A DNA stretch of 61,840 bases, from positions 1 to 61,840 of the forward strand of contig JAHLWZ010000880.1 in assembly GCA_020536535.1 (NCBI GenBank), in the 5' to 3' direction. Below are positions 12,060 through 23,455 of the stretch, one piece after another. Positions within the stretch are counted from its first letter, which is position 1. Each line of letters starts with the position of its first letter. Under the pieces are notes generated by a model that saw only the letters and a list, made by a program, of their open reading frames with translations, was not told where the DNA came from and searched no databases. This stretch comes from Pelomyxa schiedti (taxonomy: Eukaryota; Protista; Evosea). Made by a program: the position numbers and the translations under genes.

Positions 12060-12290
12060 AGGCTATTTTATATTACAAGCAGCAGGGACAGCCACAATCA
12101 TCAAAACACCGCAGTTTTGTGTTGAGGTTTAATTGGAGAGGTTTTAACTCTTTTTCCTCTCCTTATTTCCTACTGTCTTAATTGACAGGGGTCAAAAAAG
12201 ATTGCATTTATTGTTATGCACTTTTACTCCAAGTCCAACAACAAACCAAAAAATTTTTACTTCTCGTTGTGGTTCTGACATTAGTATGAA

Positions 12291-15200
12291 CTACAATGCC
12301 GTAGGGGGGTCACAGTTTTGGAGATACCCTTTGGTAGAAGCTTGGTGAGTAGAAATTAAGGATAAGCAGTATCCCAAACCTCCGTTTTGTAAGTCTTGCA
12401 TGTGCTTTTTGAAAAGGTGCACCATGATATCTGTGAGAGTGTGAGGGTGAGAAAGGGAGAATTGTGGGCCGTACTGTCTTTGACATTAGTTTTACATGTG
12501 GGAATGGGACAGGCTCCAGTTTGTGGGCAGTACTTGTTGTGCCATTCCCAGAGTTTAAATCTCATCTTATACTTACAATTTTTGCATGAAACCTGAAGTG
12601 GGTTGGTTTTTAGCTCAACTGGTAATGTCTACGGAACAAACCAATCTCATTGGGCATAATGACTTGTGTTGCTCTGTACCTTCAACAGGAACCATCATGT
12701 AACACAATGTACATGTCATAGCTCGCTATCCGGAACAGCAAGTAAGAGTAGTTAAAAAAAAAGCATAATCAATAGTACCGGTTGCATGGGCATTCTACAA
12801 TTATATCAGATTGTTAGGTTACCCTCCCCCTTCACAAAACACATACCCAGGTCTCATCATTCCAGGGCTCATTGGGCTCATACCAGGGAATCCAGGATTC
12901 ATTCCAGGCATACCAGGACTCATTGGGCTCATTGCCGGCTTCATTACAACACTCATTGGTACACCACCAACTCCCATTCCCATCTGCGGCATTGTACTGA
13001 CACCCATTTGCACTCCCCCCATAGGAACACCTACTCTCATCATTGGTTGACCTCTGCTCACCATAACCATGCCCCCTCCAGGTTGTTGCATCATAACTGA
13101 GGGTTGCATCATAACTGAAGGCTGTTGCATTACCATGCCTCCTGGTTGCTGTACAAGAACCCCTTGAGGTTGCATCATGACAGGTTGTCCTCTGTTCATC
13201 ATCATGACATTTGGTTGCATCATCACATTTGGTGTTGCCTGAGGCATGCCTCTCCCTACCATTTGTGCTTGCTGTGCTCTAACTGTAGGAGGTGTCGAGA
13301 CAGAAGGAGGTAATGGAGCTGGTGTAGGAGGTAAATTTGAGGGTAGAGGCGGGGCAGGGGGTAATGCTGTAAGTGGCGTAGGAGGTAGTGGGGTGAGCGG
13401 GGCGGGACCAGGATCGACTGGAGGAGTAAGTTCAGGAGACCTATTGGCTACTTAGGATGTTCACTTTCCAAAAAGGCACACTACTCTGGCTCTGGGGTAG
13501 CAGTCACTACTTTGGGGGCAAACAATAAATGTAAATACTCCGAGCCTTCATGATAGTTAGGAAGAGTGCATCCCAACGGGGAAAAAAACTTTCTGTGGCG
13601 GCGATCTCTGGATTGTTTTCTTTCATCTTTGCAACAATTGGCGCCCAGTATCCCCATTCTCTGTGCTTTATCATTGCCTCAAGACACATATTTTCCAAAG
13701 TTCCTTGGCCAAAATGAGAAAAATAAGGTCGAATTTTAACTACATACCCAATCGGAGGACTTTGATCTCCTTTGGTCTTCGCCAAACATTTACAATATAC
13801 TCGTCTTTCACGTCTTCGCCAACTAATTGGAGGTACATCCTTCTTGCGGCAGTATTATCCTGAATCCCAAACCCAAATGAACTGCTAAAAGTTCGCCATC
13901 TTACCAGTGACATAAGATAAATATGTACTGAGTTAAAGAGTAAAACCTCTCCTCCTTTTCATCTTCTTCAACTGGCGGGATTCCTATGCAGACCCTCTCT
14001 TTTAGAGCACTTTGAAGCATTCTCAACCGGAAAGTGGAGTGCTCTATTTGAGATACACCTGAAACTGTAGCTGAAACAGCGGTATCTACTTTGTCATTTT
14101 GAAGCTGGGAGAATAAGCGGGAGAAAAAGTATTAAAGGCCTGCACCTTTTTGTACTCTTCAGCTTTTTTCCTTTTTTCCTCTTCTAGTTCTCTTGTTCTT
14201 TGTTCTTTTAAGAAAGAATCGGAAACCTCCAGTTGTTGTCGATTAATCCTCACGGAATCTCTGTTTGCTGAAATAGTGTCATATACTGAATAGAGCAAAC
14301 TTGGAAGTTTTACCAATAACTCCTGCCTTAACTAATTCATCAGGAACAGAACCAACTGTAGCAGACACGTTTGCAAGACTTCTGGCTTTTAAAAGATTGT
14401 TCTTTATCTATTGAGGGATTAAGTTACTTCCCTTTATTATTGGAGGGTGACACACTGCAGCCAAGTCAATCCCAGCCATTATTACTTGCTTCATATCGGC
14501 ATTGACAAAGGTGGCATCACTTAGAGATGCACCAGTTAAATCTGCACCATACATGTCTGCATCAGTGAAATCAGCAGAAACGAGACTGTGAGACCACTTA
14601 GTACCCAGAAGATTTTAACCAAACACACTTTGCACCGACGAAAGCAGTAGATCTCAGATATGCACCCCGGAAGCAACACCCACTCAGGTGACTTCCTGAG
14701 AGGACAGAATTCGAAAGGTTTGTATTACTGAATAAATAAAGGTAAGTTAAGGAATGAACCAAAGAGAGTTGAATACCTGAAGTTGACATCAGCCAGATTT
14801 TTGGCATTTCTGAAATCAATAAGTAAAGAGAAAATGGCACAAATAACAGAAAAAACCTTTGAACAGCTTCTTTAGAGAGAAGTAATTTGGAGTAATCTTT
14901 ATGGGACGCTAAATCAAGATCAATTGTGAGGCCCTATTATCCAGTTACAGACAGTTTTCAAAGGATTTAAGAGGTAAACCAAACGAACCTCTAGTAATAC
15001 TGCCCATTTGAGGTCTGCCCTCTCCAGGTTTCTCACGCCCGTCAAGTTGGCTCTTGTTTTATTAGCTTGAAACATGTTTCCTTGGAAAGCAATACTTGGA
15101 GAGGTTTGCACCACAAAGTTTTGCACCTGCGAAATTGGCACCCCTTAGATCAGCCTCTTGTAAGGCAACACAGGTGAGATCTGCATTCGAGAAATCTACC

Positions 15201-16127
15201 CCACAAAGATGAGCCCTTTGAAAGTTGGCACCCTTTGAAATGTCAAGGATAACATAGAACTTTGAGGCTTGCCTTGAGACGTGCTCCAGCAAAAGAAGCA
15301 CTTTCCCATTTTTTTACTACTAAATCGGAATGAATGTCTTCATGATTAGTTGTTGAGAGCTCAACTTGTTCTCTGTTGCACATCCACCTGTAAAGTAATT
15401 GGGTTTTTTTTGCCTGTTTAAAGGATGAGAGACTCACGACTCAGAGAAATTAGTGTAGTCACAGTAAGAGTGATCGAAGGTTGCTGCTGGAGCAATTAAA
15501 CTTGTTAAATTGGCTTTGTCCAGTGTGGCAGCAACAAGAGTAGCACGTACAGCAGTTGCACTTACTAAGCTGCATTGAGTAAGATTACAGCTGTTCAGTG
15601 TTGCAAGATCGAGATTAGCCCCATCAAACGAAACTCTTTGAAGGGCAGAAGCACGAAGGGAGGCACGTGTCAATATAGCCTTGGCAAATGTGATTTCTCG
15701 TTGTACAACTCCCGATTGTCCACCACCACTACCATCCCCAACAGCCAAAGTAAAGAGTCGCATGTCCAACATTTCGAGGACACAGTCAGCCAAGTCTTTA
15801 CCTGTTATTCCAGAGGGGTAAGAAAGCAATAATAAAACAGCTTTAAATAACAAAAACAAGAAGCACGACTTGGGGTTGGCAAACACCAGTAAAATTGAAT
15901 GGCAAGTAGCCCTGCATTTCCACGTCCCTGGAAGTCATTCTAGGGGGAGTGCTTGTCGTGTACTCCACAACGCGAGCCAGAGGTCTGTCCTCGGCAGGGC
16001 ACGGCATGTTCTCTGTGCACCACCGAGTGACGTCAAACGTGCCCTTTCTCTTCGTAAGAAGTTGAACAAGCTGGCTCTCCAACTTCTTTTCCGCCTTCTT
16101 CTTGGACTTATTGGCCTTATTGAACAT
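12291..16127 (-). CDS. Pentapeptide-repeat protein with a central coiled region, Pro-rich and Gly/Met/Gln-rich tracts, and C-terminal TRAF-like zinc fingers (multi-exon)
   Basis: A(D/N)Lxx repeats (GANLDLATL, ADLRGANFAGAKLCGANL) over about 14470-15700. Terminal exons read TCTLCYMMVPVEGTEQHKSLCPMRLVSCKNC..HNKYCP..CPIPTC..HLFKKH. 3' end approximate. Confidence 0.72.
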
Positions 16128-16530
16128 GATCACTTCTTGAGATCTACTACTACGATGATGGTGGTTTCGCGGTGTACGTCACTACGTAGCGTCGGGTTTT
16201 ATTTTATTTGTTTGATTGTTGTTAGAGGAAGTAAGGAAGTATAAAAAATTTAAGAAGTGAAAGAGCCCGGGAATCTAATTTCTCGCCTGCTTTTTTAGAA
16301 GCCGAAACGGACAAATTCCATTTTGAAAAACTCAACTAAATGCCGTAAGGCGATGTACGGCGCATGTCAAGCCACCAGATCCCAAGATCTCGCTCTTTGT
16401 ATTTGTGCATCTGTGGTGTTGTTCCGCATGCGGAGAAAACTACCGTCGTACGTGTGCTGTGTTTGTTCCTACACAAGAAACTAGCTGGAGAACACATAAC
16501 TCTTGTACCATTCTCATAGCAACAAACATC

Positions 16531-17462
16531 TCACGCCAACTCAGAGTAGTGCTCAAAATCATCCCTCACAAGCAGCGACGCCACGTAAGCCAGAACAGCC
16601 AGGCCCGTGGCACCCACGGCCAACGCAAACGAGAATCCCAAATGATAGCCCTGCGGGTGTGGAACCACAACCAGCCACGAGCACCACGCCGCACCGAGCG
16701 CAACGGCCGCAGCCAGAGCGTGCAACCTCAGGCAGTGATGTACAACAGCTTTCTCAGTGCGCTTGCTAAAGCAGTTCATGGTGAAGTAAACTAGCGCTGG
16801 AAGCAGCACGACAGTACCCAGTATCATCAAAACGAATGCTGCCTGCACATTGTGTGTAGCTTGTTAGACATAGTTGTATATCTCCGCCTATGTTAATAAT
16901 ATACGGCAATCTCTAACGCTTGCAGAAAGGGGAAGCAACCTTGCCGGCCTTTTCAAAAGAATGGTAGTCTGTTCCCCGGAGATGCACTTTCTTACACCCA
17001 TGTCCCCCAATACAGCCCTTGGCACGTAGAAGACCTATGTATGTAACCCTATTTTTTTTTTTAAACATGTGAGACGTTACAATAGAACACCAGCACATTC
17101 ACTAGTGTAATCATGTACCATGAGGATGCAGTACTGTCATATCTCGTGATCTCCACTTCATCCTGGCGTGATATTACAGAACCATGGCGAATGTGTTCCC
17201 GCGAATAAGCATATGCATGTGCTGTCGCAGGACTGACAGGAACATCCAGTGGCACCAGTAAGGAAAAAGAGTGAGGCGGCGGTGTAGGTGGCTCTGCCTT
17301 GTGAACGTGTACCATCCAGTGCATTGTTACAACTGACATCACTGCAGCGGCAATTGCAAGCATAGTAAGGAAACTGGCAAAGCAAGCAAAAATCTGCCCT
17401 CATTAATGTGCACCTCGTTTAAAATCCAAAGAAACAAACAGACCAACCTTTGATAGCGACAT
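16531..17462 (-). CDS. Claudin/PMP22-like four-TM membrane protein
   Basis: MSLSK|IFACF..VVTMHW (TM1 followed by W), extracellular YIGLLRAKGCIGGHGC resembling the W-GLW-C-C signature, then three more TM helices. Confidence 0.6.
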
Positions 17463-17580
17463 CACAAGTGCTTGTCACACCACACAAACGATTAATGCAG
17501 AAGAATGAAAAAAAGAACGTTATCTTGGGAAACCATTGGTCATAAACAGCGCAAAATTTATTTCAACATTTTTTGAGGGC

Positions 17581-19882
17581 TCAGTGTCCGAGCATTGACC
17601 TAAGATCCGTGGCAGGGTCGCCAGTGACGTGAAGGTGGAATTTTTCTACGAGAACATTGAGGATTGTTGGCTGTGGGTTGATGTTAGGTCTGGCTAATTT
17701 CGACTTCCGGGGTAGTGGGGAACTTACTGTGAAGAATCCGGGAACTTTGGGGCCAATGTGTATGTTCTGTATCCCAAGATAGAGAAGTGTCAGGAGAATT
17801 GCAACGGCCTTCTGCTCGAACCTAAATAAAGATATTGGTATGGGGGAATAACAGGAAAGAACTTGTACCAGGAGATCACTAGAGAAAGAGGAAGAGAATT
17901 CACGTCAGTGTTGAAAGCTCCTGCAAGTGCCACAGCAACCTTGATTGCAGAATAGGCATCATTGCACTGGCCCATGTCCAGCAACCTGGGTAGACCGCCA
18001 AGTGTGCCATACTGGCCTCCATTGATCTTGAACTTTCCACAGGCCAGAGTGAGGATCAAACAGTCCGATGGAACTTGAGCTGCAAACTACAAGAAAATGA
18101 GTGGAAATATGTGAATTTGTGAGAATTACCTCGGTGAAATAATTGCGCTCTTTTTCCATTCCATCACATCCCCCAATAAGGAAGATGCGCCTGAGTGCTC
18201 CACTTTTTACGGCAGCAATAACCTGGTCGGCAACACTGAGTACAGTGTTATGTGCGAACCCAATGGTGAGATAGGATAAATTCTCGGAGGGATTTGGGAA
18301 TCTGGGTAAAAATTAATGAAAGGAATGTCCCAAAATCGTCAAGTACCCTGGCATACTCCTAGCACAGGCAATGATAGCATCGAAGTTGCCAATTTTCTTG
18401 ACTCCTATACCACCGACAGGGGAGGCAGCGAACACTCTGTCTAGGTAACTGGGCATAGTTGAGCAAAAAGTGGGAAGAGAAATAACGTACGATGGAGGTG
18501 CTGGCACATAGCAGTTAGTTGTCATAAAAATTGGCCCAGGGAATGCTTCAAACTCCTTGCGCTGGTTCTGCCAAGCGGTACCGTAATGCCCAACAAGGTG
18601 GGGGTACTTAGATTTGAATAGAGGATATGCATTGCACGGTAACATCTCTCCATGAGTGTACACGTTGATATTGCAGCCTTTAGTAAGTTCAAGGAGCTGC
18701 TCGAGGGCGAGCAAGTCATGTCCCGAAATGAGAATAGCCTTGCCTAAGAAGTTGGAAATGTGAATGGGATGTGAGTAAGGCGGGAGAGTTACCAGCCTTG
18801 CCACTCTGTGGGGTTTTTGCCCATAGAACCTTGGTGATTTCAGGGTGCCCGTACCGTGTAGTGTGAGCCTTATCGAGAAGCTCCATGGCGGCGAAGTTTA
18901 CTACACAAGACGTTAGCAATTGTATCTGGCCTCTTTCTAAGTACCTTTACCGCACTCTAGACATAAACCCAGCAAATCTTCAACGGTTGGGTCCATTTGA
19001 TGCTGTGAATAGATTAGAAGAATTGAGAAACTGATCACTTACAATGGAAGCAAGGGCCTTAAGAGCAAATTCCCCAATTTCATCATTTTTCTCACCAAGT
19101 AAAAGGGCGTGGTAATAATAAGCCTCAACACCCTTCACACCATACATAAGGAGTTCTTGCAAGCAAGCCCTGTCTTCAGAGGGGTCAAAAATGACGGAAA
19201 AAGAAAGAAGGAAGACCTTTCCCAAGTAACGCGAATCTGTGTGGGATAGAGTACGTCTTTCCTTGAGTTACCATTTGATCAATCGTTTTTGCAGGAACCC
19301 ACGATGCGACCGCTGCAGAAAGGATTTTATTGTGTAAGTCAATAGGAAAAGAACGAAGAAAAACTCACGTGGAAGCCAGTACGAGGGTGAGCTTGCTCGA
19401 ATTGTATCGCGCAATGTCTCGCATTCCAGAATGTACTGGGCGATCTCCTCCGGAGAGAAGTTCACATTAGTCAATGTAGAAAAAATAGCCTGTGTTGGAT
19501 GTTAGCAATAACTGAAAGAGGCCAAAACACGAGAAACACAAACCTGAGCCACAAAGTTGTGTAAATTATCAGGAAGAGCAACCCCCGCCCTTAAAGCGGA
19601 TTCAGCAACAACAGCCACTGATTGCAACCCCCACATCAAATGATCTTGTAGAGCCGCCACGGAAGCATCCCTGTTAACAGTTAAAAGGACCAAAAAGATT
19701 TAAAAAACAGATCGTATAAAACAATATAAAAAAAGTACTTTGTGCAGACTCCTCTTGTGGTACAGGCTTCGCCTCTCGCGGTCTGCTCGCATTGAAAACA
19801 GTACATATCCACTGCACATTATTAATTAATCTTGCGGGAATACGTATAAGCGCGTACCATTTTCGATATCGGTGCTAGCCAT
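17581..19882 (-). CDS. hcp: Hybrid cluster protein (hydroxylamine/NO reductase, prismane protein), multi-exon
   Basis: [78 protein letters not shown]. Confidence 0.96.
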
Positions 19883-21861
19883 GGCTGAGATCTACCAACA
19901 ACTAAGTTGTTTTTTTTCTTCTTTTTAATTGTGCTTGAACTCTTTTGCCCCCTATTGCGTGATATTTCCAATTCCAAGCTTGCTTCTGATTGCTGTTCAC
20001 TTCGTGAGAGTGGTTGGGGGCATGGGCGCCACCCAGCAAAGCACTCCACGAAGTCGAAGTCAAGTTCCTCTATATTGGGTAAAAAGTAAGTGCAAAAGCC
20101 AACTGAAGGCAAAAACTTGCCTTTTTGCGTGATATTTCCAAGGCTGAAAGAGTGAGTAGTCGGGCCTGTTCTCTTTTGTAGGCATGCAACTATATAAATT
20201 TGAGTAAAAACAGCATTAGAACGAGTGCAATGATGTTGCGGTTTTTTTTTTATTTTAGTTTTTACAGTCGGTGTCCTTGCGGAGTGTCGTAGTTTACTTG
20301 TGTAGTGTCGCAGTTCCGGTTTCGATTGTTTCTTTTTTATTGTGTCATCTTTGTTTTTTGTTTTTTGTACTTCCCACGAAAAAATTAGATTGAGATTGTG
20401 AGCAGGGGGCTATCCAACGACACTAGTGCCGTCATTTTATTTTGGGTGATGACATTGTGATAGTATGGTCGAATTTTGTAGGGATTCTTCTCATTCTTGT
20501 CAGAGCACAACAGAGTATGTGTTATTTCAGACATCTGTTCCGCCAGACCTCCCGTCTGGCCGTTATCCGTTTTACTATGACTTGATTGCACATCAAGAGC
20601 CGCAACTTGGTTGTCTAAAGGAAAATTAAAAAAGAAAACAAGTTGGAATGTGTGAGGTGCCTCCCTCTCTTCTTAAGGGGAGAGGGGCGAGGGGGAGGAG
20701 GTAGGGGAAGGAGGGGGAGGTGCCTCCCCCCACACCTACTGCAGGAGACGGCGTTGCAGTGGGCGGTCCGCAGTTAGTCATCCGCAGTATTGTGGGAGAG
20801 GGCCACCTATTTTCGAAGACATTCATCAAGGAATCAACGGGCAAGAAGGCGTTCTCCCATAATGAAGCGCCCTTGAGGGTGATGAGCTCACTACTCCAGC
20901 GGGCACGCTTCATTTGTGGACTGGTTGTTTCCAAAGAGACAACAATGATTATACCAGCAGCAACTTGCCATAAACCCCACACAACACTGCCTTCCAGAAA
21001 CACGATGTTAACATTAAGCACCAAAAGGGGTGAGAAAACTCTGATATAACCAGGACAGCGAACCTGAAAACAAGATATAAAATAGCTGTATCTGGAAACC
21101 ATGATCCCAAAAGGAAACGGAAGCCAAATTCCGGTGTGCTGGTGGGCCAGCAACAAGCGGCAGTGGTGCTGGATGGTGGGAAGAAGGAAAAAGATTTCAT
21201 ACCGCTTATGGAGACATCCAAGTCCGACGGAACTCTGCTGCTATAGCAGGGGGGTTTATTCTCAGTTCACGTGAATCTCCAGTGATGACAGCCGTACTGT
21301 TTCTTTCTTTAAAGCTTTCTTCTTACGCAAACAAAGGCCCGCTATTGGCACTGCATAAATGGAATACATGTCAGTCCATTGCATGCAAAAATCACACTTG
21401 CAGCTCTTTCGGGACTTCATGATCGAGAGTGCGTAATGCAGCTAAAACAGCCACACTAGTCATGGAATCTGTTGGAGCTCCCAAATTGCAAGCCACGGAT
21501 ATAACTTCCGGATCATTCATCCATCTCCCTGATCACCAAACATATACTCAAGCAGAAAAATTCCTGGCCCCACTGTATTTGCCATCAAAAGGAGTGCTAT
21601 TCTATGGGGAGCCCTTATGTGTGCAGTAAAATGAACTAACTTGGAATGGAAGACTGTCTGTGGGTGTGTTGACCCCATTCCCTCGTTAGATCGTGCCACT
21701 GAAACTACACCATTCGAGAATGTTCAGAAACACAAGAACAAGTGTGGGCTTCTGCAAGGAGCAGGAACTGGCCTCAACACGCTCTTCGCTGTGTTGGTTG
21801 CTTCCACTCACTCAAGCGGGGAAAAAAACCGGAATCATCAAAAACAAAAAAGAAAAAAGCG

Positions 21862-23355
21862 ATGGCACTGAGTGACGTCGAGTTCGCCAAGCGGCTGTGC
21901 GCAGCCTGCGGCGGTGCCAAGTGGCGCCAGGACGATGTATTTGGAGCGGAGCCGCGGCCTACCGACGCGACGAGCGACCGGCAGCAGCGCGGGCGTCGGG
22001 CCGTCGCGTGGCCGGGCTTCACTTTCCCTGCTTATGTTGGTGGTGCCGACGGGGACGCCGTGGATTTGCTTTCGGACGGGGATGAGGACGAGGCCCAGAA
22101 CGGGGGAGCGGCGGCTACGGATGGCAGCGGTGGTGTGGTTGCAATTGGGGATTGTGGGAGGTCTGCAGGCAACGACTACGACGACGCGGTACTGCTAGTT
22201 GATGAGCAAGGAGCGCCTGGTTTCGTTGTTGATGCTGGCACGGCGGTCGTAGGATCGAACCCCGCCTCGCCCATTATACATTCCTCTCTGCGTGACGGTG
22301 GTGGCAGTGATAGCATCATGACGGATGATGTGACATCGTCTGTGTCAAACGCGAGCAAACCGCATAAGCAAAGAATTTCACGAGATATAACAACAATAAC
22401 AACAACCTCCAGCAGCACATCAATTACTGATACCGACGCTCCAAAGTTTCCAAGAGAAATCGAAGCTATGAAGCAAGAGCTTCTGACCGAAATCCGGGCA
22501 GCCTCTTCGCAGAAACTCACTGAGGATAACACCGACGAAGGAGGGGCTCCTTCTGTGGTTGACAATGAGGCCGCACTGCTGCGAGTGGGCATAGCTTCGC
22601 AGAACCTGTTTGCTTCAATACATGAGCCCGAGCTTCTGAGAAGAGTTCTCGCGGCGGATGATTTCCGCAGCAGTGCCGCCGTTGATTCTGCTTCTGTGAG
22701 TGACTTGGTGGTTCTTAAGCTATGCATGGGGTTTGTGCAGTCGTCACCTTCCGCTTGCTGCATGGAGGTGTTTGTATCAGCAGTGTTACTCAAGGTTCTG
22801 ATCTCGCAACAGAAAATTTCCCGCGGAATATGTGAATCGTGCAGCCTTGTTTGCCATAGTGGGTTCACCTCTGCTATGGTCAATTCCGTTTTTGTGCCCC
22901 TCCTGACCAACCCTTGTTTCTCAGAACAACATTCTACGCTGATTCTCAAACTGGTTAGAAAACAGCCTGGAGAGGCATTGCCGTCTCTCCAGCAGCAGCA
23001 AGTTCACCAAATGGTAATTGCAGTACTACATGCTTTGTCTTTATCAGAGGTACCTATCTCTAAACTCCACGCCTCCCTTCTGAGAACTCTCTCAATGGGG
23101 GGAGAACTGCTGTGTGATTCCGTACTGGTCACCCACTTGTGCAAATGTGCACAGTGGTGCTACCAGGCTGAGGGTGCAAATGCATGCAATCCCAATGACT
23201 GGTGCTCACTACTCCTGATGGTACTCAACAAAAAAACTCCACCCACATTGGACAATGACACATGTGCGCTTGTGAATAGTGTCATCAACACAAAGTGGTG
23301 CACGACTTCTTATCTGAACCAAGCTGTGAAGAAAAGAATCACAGAAATGAACTGA
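21862..23355 (+). CDS. FANCE-like protein (Fanconi anemia group E C-terminal helical domain), intronless
   Basis: C-terminal about 230 aa follows the FANCE C-terminal pattern by eye (AVLLKVL..ISR..; VFVPLL..QHSTLILKLVRK; LLLMVLNK..TTSYLNQAVKK, compare human TTFLRKSLK). Low-complexity N-terminus. Confidence 0.6.
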   Translation: MALSDVEFAKRLCAACGGAKWRQDDVFGAEPRPTDATSDRQQRGRRAVAWPGFTFPAYVGGADGDAVDLLSDGDEDEAQNGGAAATDGSGGVVAIGDCGRSAGNDYDDAVLLVDEQGAPGFVVDAGTAVVGSNPASPIIHSSLRDGGGSDSIMTDDVTSSVSNASKPHKQRISRDITTITTTSSSTSITDTDAPKFPREIEAMKQELLTEIRAASSQKLTEDNTDEGGAPSVVDNEAALLRVGIASQNLFASIHEPELLRRVLAADDFRSSAAVDSASVSDLVVLKLCMGFVQSSPSACCMEVFVSAVLLKVLISQQKISRGICESCSLVCHSGFTSAMVNSVFVPLLTNPCFSEQHSTLILKLVRKQPGEALPSLQQQQVHQMVIAVLHALSLSEVPISKLHASLLRTLSMGGELLCDSVLVTHLCKCAQWCYQAEGANACNPNDWCSLLLMVLNKKTPPTLDNDTCALVNSVINTKWCTTSYLNQAVKKRITEMN

Positions 23356-23455
23356 AGGTGCTGAATTGAATACGAAAAGAATGGAAGAATACCGCCACAA
23401 ACGAAAAGGGAAATAAGAGTATAGTTTTTCAGTAGGTCATTCATTTGGAAAGACA

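Noticed and set aside
20385-21640. Possible gene between hcp and the FANCE-like gene
   Set aside because: No consistent spliced frame or motif found on either strand. Left unannotated; it could be a decayed gene.
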